From Octopus sinensis (lineage: Eukaryota): DNA of 64,000 nucleotides. The position numbers and the translations under genes were made by a program. The number at the start of each line of letters is the position of its first letter. Within the stretch, counting starts at the first letter, position 1. Positions 62,036 through 64,000 of the stretch are shown here, one piece after another. The stretch is from NCBI RefSeq assembly GCF_006345805.1, contig NC_043003.1, forward strand, positions 53,878,001 through 53,942,000. The letters are read 5' to 3'. The notes under the pieces are model-generated. The model was not told the origin of the DNA, did not search any database, and saw only the letters and a program-made list of their open reading frames with translations.

Positions 62036-64000
62036 ATATTATGTCGCATATATACTGAAGTGTAGGTCAGACAATTTAGATAGATATTATGCAGAAGTTA
62101 CATTTGAAGCTTACATTTTTGTTTTCTTATTTGAAATGCGGACATGAAAAGAAATGAAAGTGTTATATAAAACATTCTGTAACAGAAAATGAAACAAAAT
62201 AGACACTACATGAGGAGATTTTAGAAAACACCCAATTTTTTTTTATATAGAAAAACACATTTAAGCCTGTATGTTCTTTGAATAAATAAACCGTATTAAA
62301 TATAGGAAAAAATATAATCTAGTCTAGCTAGTGTTCTAGTATTCAATGCCGAAAAGCTGAACTTAGAAAAAAAAATCCAATATATACTAGATAATGGGAG
62401 ATAATGAAAACAAACAACCGGCCATACAACTTAGGATAAATCAAATTAATCCTAAAAAAGAAAAAAGTACAAACAGTTACTTAATTTGTTTTACGGTATA
62501 TCATAAATACATCATATATATCAAATAATTACAGATCGAAAGAGATGTCATTATGCATCGAAATATATTCGCTCTACGTGACATTAGTTAATCAGTTAGA
62601 TATACAGACGTCAGTTCAAAACAATTTAATTTTCCATCAATCAAGTCACACTAGAATAACCTATACATTACAATCTCAGTATATAAGAAACAGATAATTA
62701 ATTACTGTTAAATACCAATTAATACTGACAATAACAAACCTTATTTAATAAAGCTACGAATCAACTTCGTTAGAAAATTTCTCGCTGTCTTTCCATATTA
62801 TTATGTTAACTTGTCGTTGGTACTTTTATTGTTTTCATTATTCCATAGTAAATAGTGAGTGCATTGTTAGTGCACTAAACTGATTTGATTTCCGAGGTAA
62901 AAACGGCAAATAAGTCCTAATAATAGTATTCTTAGAACATCAAAATAAATTCATCATTAATCTATCTTTAATTATTTGTATATGTAACTCACATTCCACA
63001 CAAACTTGTCTGATAAATATTTTATATTACCGAAAAATAATAGTTAATGATTTATATTCAAATACCATTAGTTATTATTAATTTCATTCAACTGAAGAAG
63101 TAAACTACTAATCAGTAAGTAAATAGTAAGTTTTATGAATAGAACAAATACGCATTCTTTTAGAAAAAATACGACGTGATTAAGAGCGTTGTAGTTCGCT
63201 TGAAGCATTGCAGTACAGAAGTAGAAAACGAAAGCAAATGGAAATAAAGAGAGCTTCAAATTTCAGGCGCAAAGCATATCTTCTATTCCTTTATTTTCTA
63301 CTACGTGATTACTTGGCTAGTTGTTTAGCTGACGGCACTAATATCTATTATGATTTAGAATAGATCATACTGGATAAGGAAAAAATCTTACACCAGAAAT
63401 AAAGCTATACTATATCTGTATTGTTATAGTAATGGATTCTCTACTTTATAAGAATACAGGGAAAATTGTTTCATGAAAGAATAGAATATATAATATATGA
63501 TATATATATATATATATATATGTATATCTGTATTGTCATCCACTCCTGGATCCTGGTAGTAAATACTCTTTTTTTCTATTGAATATTACATGTTTCAATT
63601 TGTAATTAATCGTGTATATTATAAAAAGAAGTTCTTTTTTAGCGTTCTAACGATATGAACTTACACCTACATAGTTGATTTCACGGTTGATTTTATTTGG
63701 TACTAGTTTAAAAGCCGTACTCTGTGCAAACTTTTAAACTAGCTCCTGTGGGGGATAATTGAGCTTGCAGCTCAAAATTAAAGAGAGCTAAATAGCATGA
63801 CTATAACACGTGGATAAAGATTATATGCCCCAGTGGTGTTTAATCAGGGGTTAAGGACGGTTGAGAATTAATTCTGTAATGCAATCATTCTATTGTTCCA
63901 GTCCTAAGTTGAATCTCAGCTGTTGGCCAATTTGTCCCAAAGTTCTTATCTCGATGTAAAATGTTATTTATCTATTTATGTAAAATGTTATTGATCTCTG

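Overview
AT-rich, microsatellite-saturated animal DNA, probably intronic or intergenic. The tRNA-derived SINE families and the density of (TA)n, (CA)n, (TATG)n and (TATC)n tracts are consistent with an octopod cephalopod genome (inference). No intact host gene is evident, and almost all ORFs in the supplied track are microsatellite artefacts. Recognisable coding relics are all from transposons: a 5'-truncated Penelope-like element (PLE; RT thumb plus GIY-YIG), a Naiad-type PLE endonuclease relic, two CR1-group LINE pieces, R4/Dong-like and HERO-like restriction-like-endonuclease (REL) LINE relics, and two DD37D/maT transposase relics. MITEs and four or five SINE families are also present. The main signal is a dense set of type I hammerhead ribozyme (HHR) motifs: 8 complete folds in about 6 unrelated sequence families, plus several decayed ones. 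All have self-complementary stem III, and nearly all sit in small non-coding elements inserted in (TA)n tracts. They include a 560-bp tandem retrozyme-like unit with one HHR per monomer, a tRNA-headed and HHR-tailed SINE, and two natural core variants (U3-A8 and A6U). A tRNA-Ala(TGC)/LINE-tail chimera inserted in (TATC)n is also present. All folds were read by eye; none is computationally or experimentally verified.
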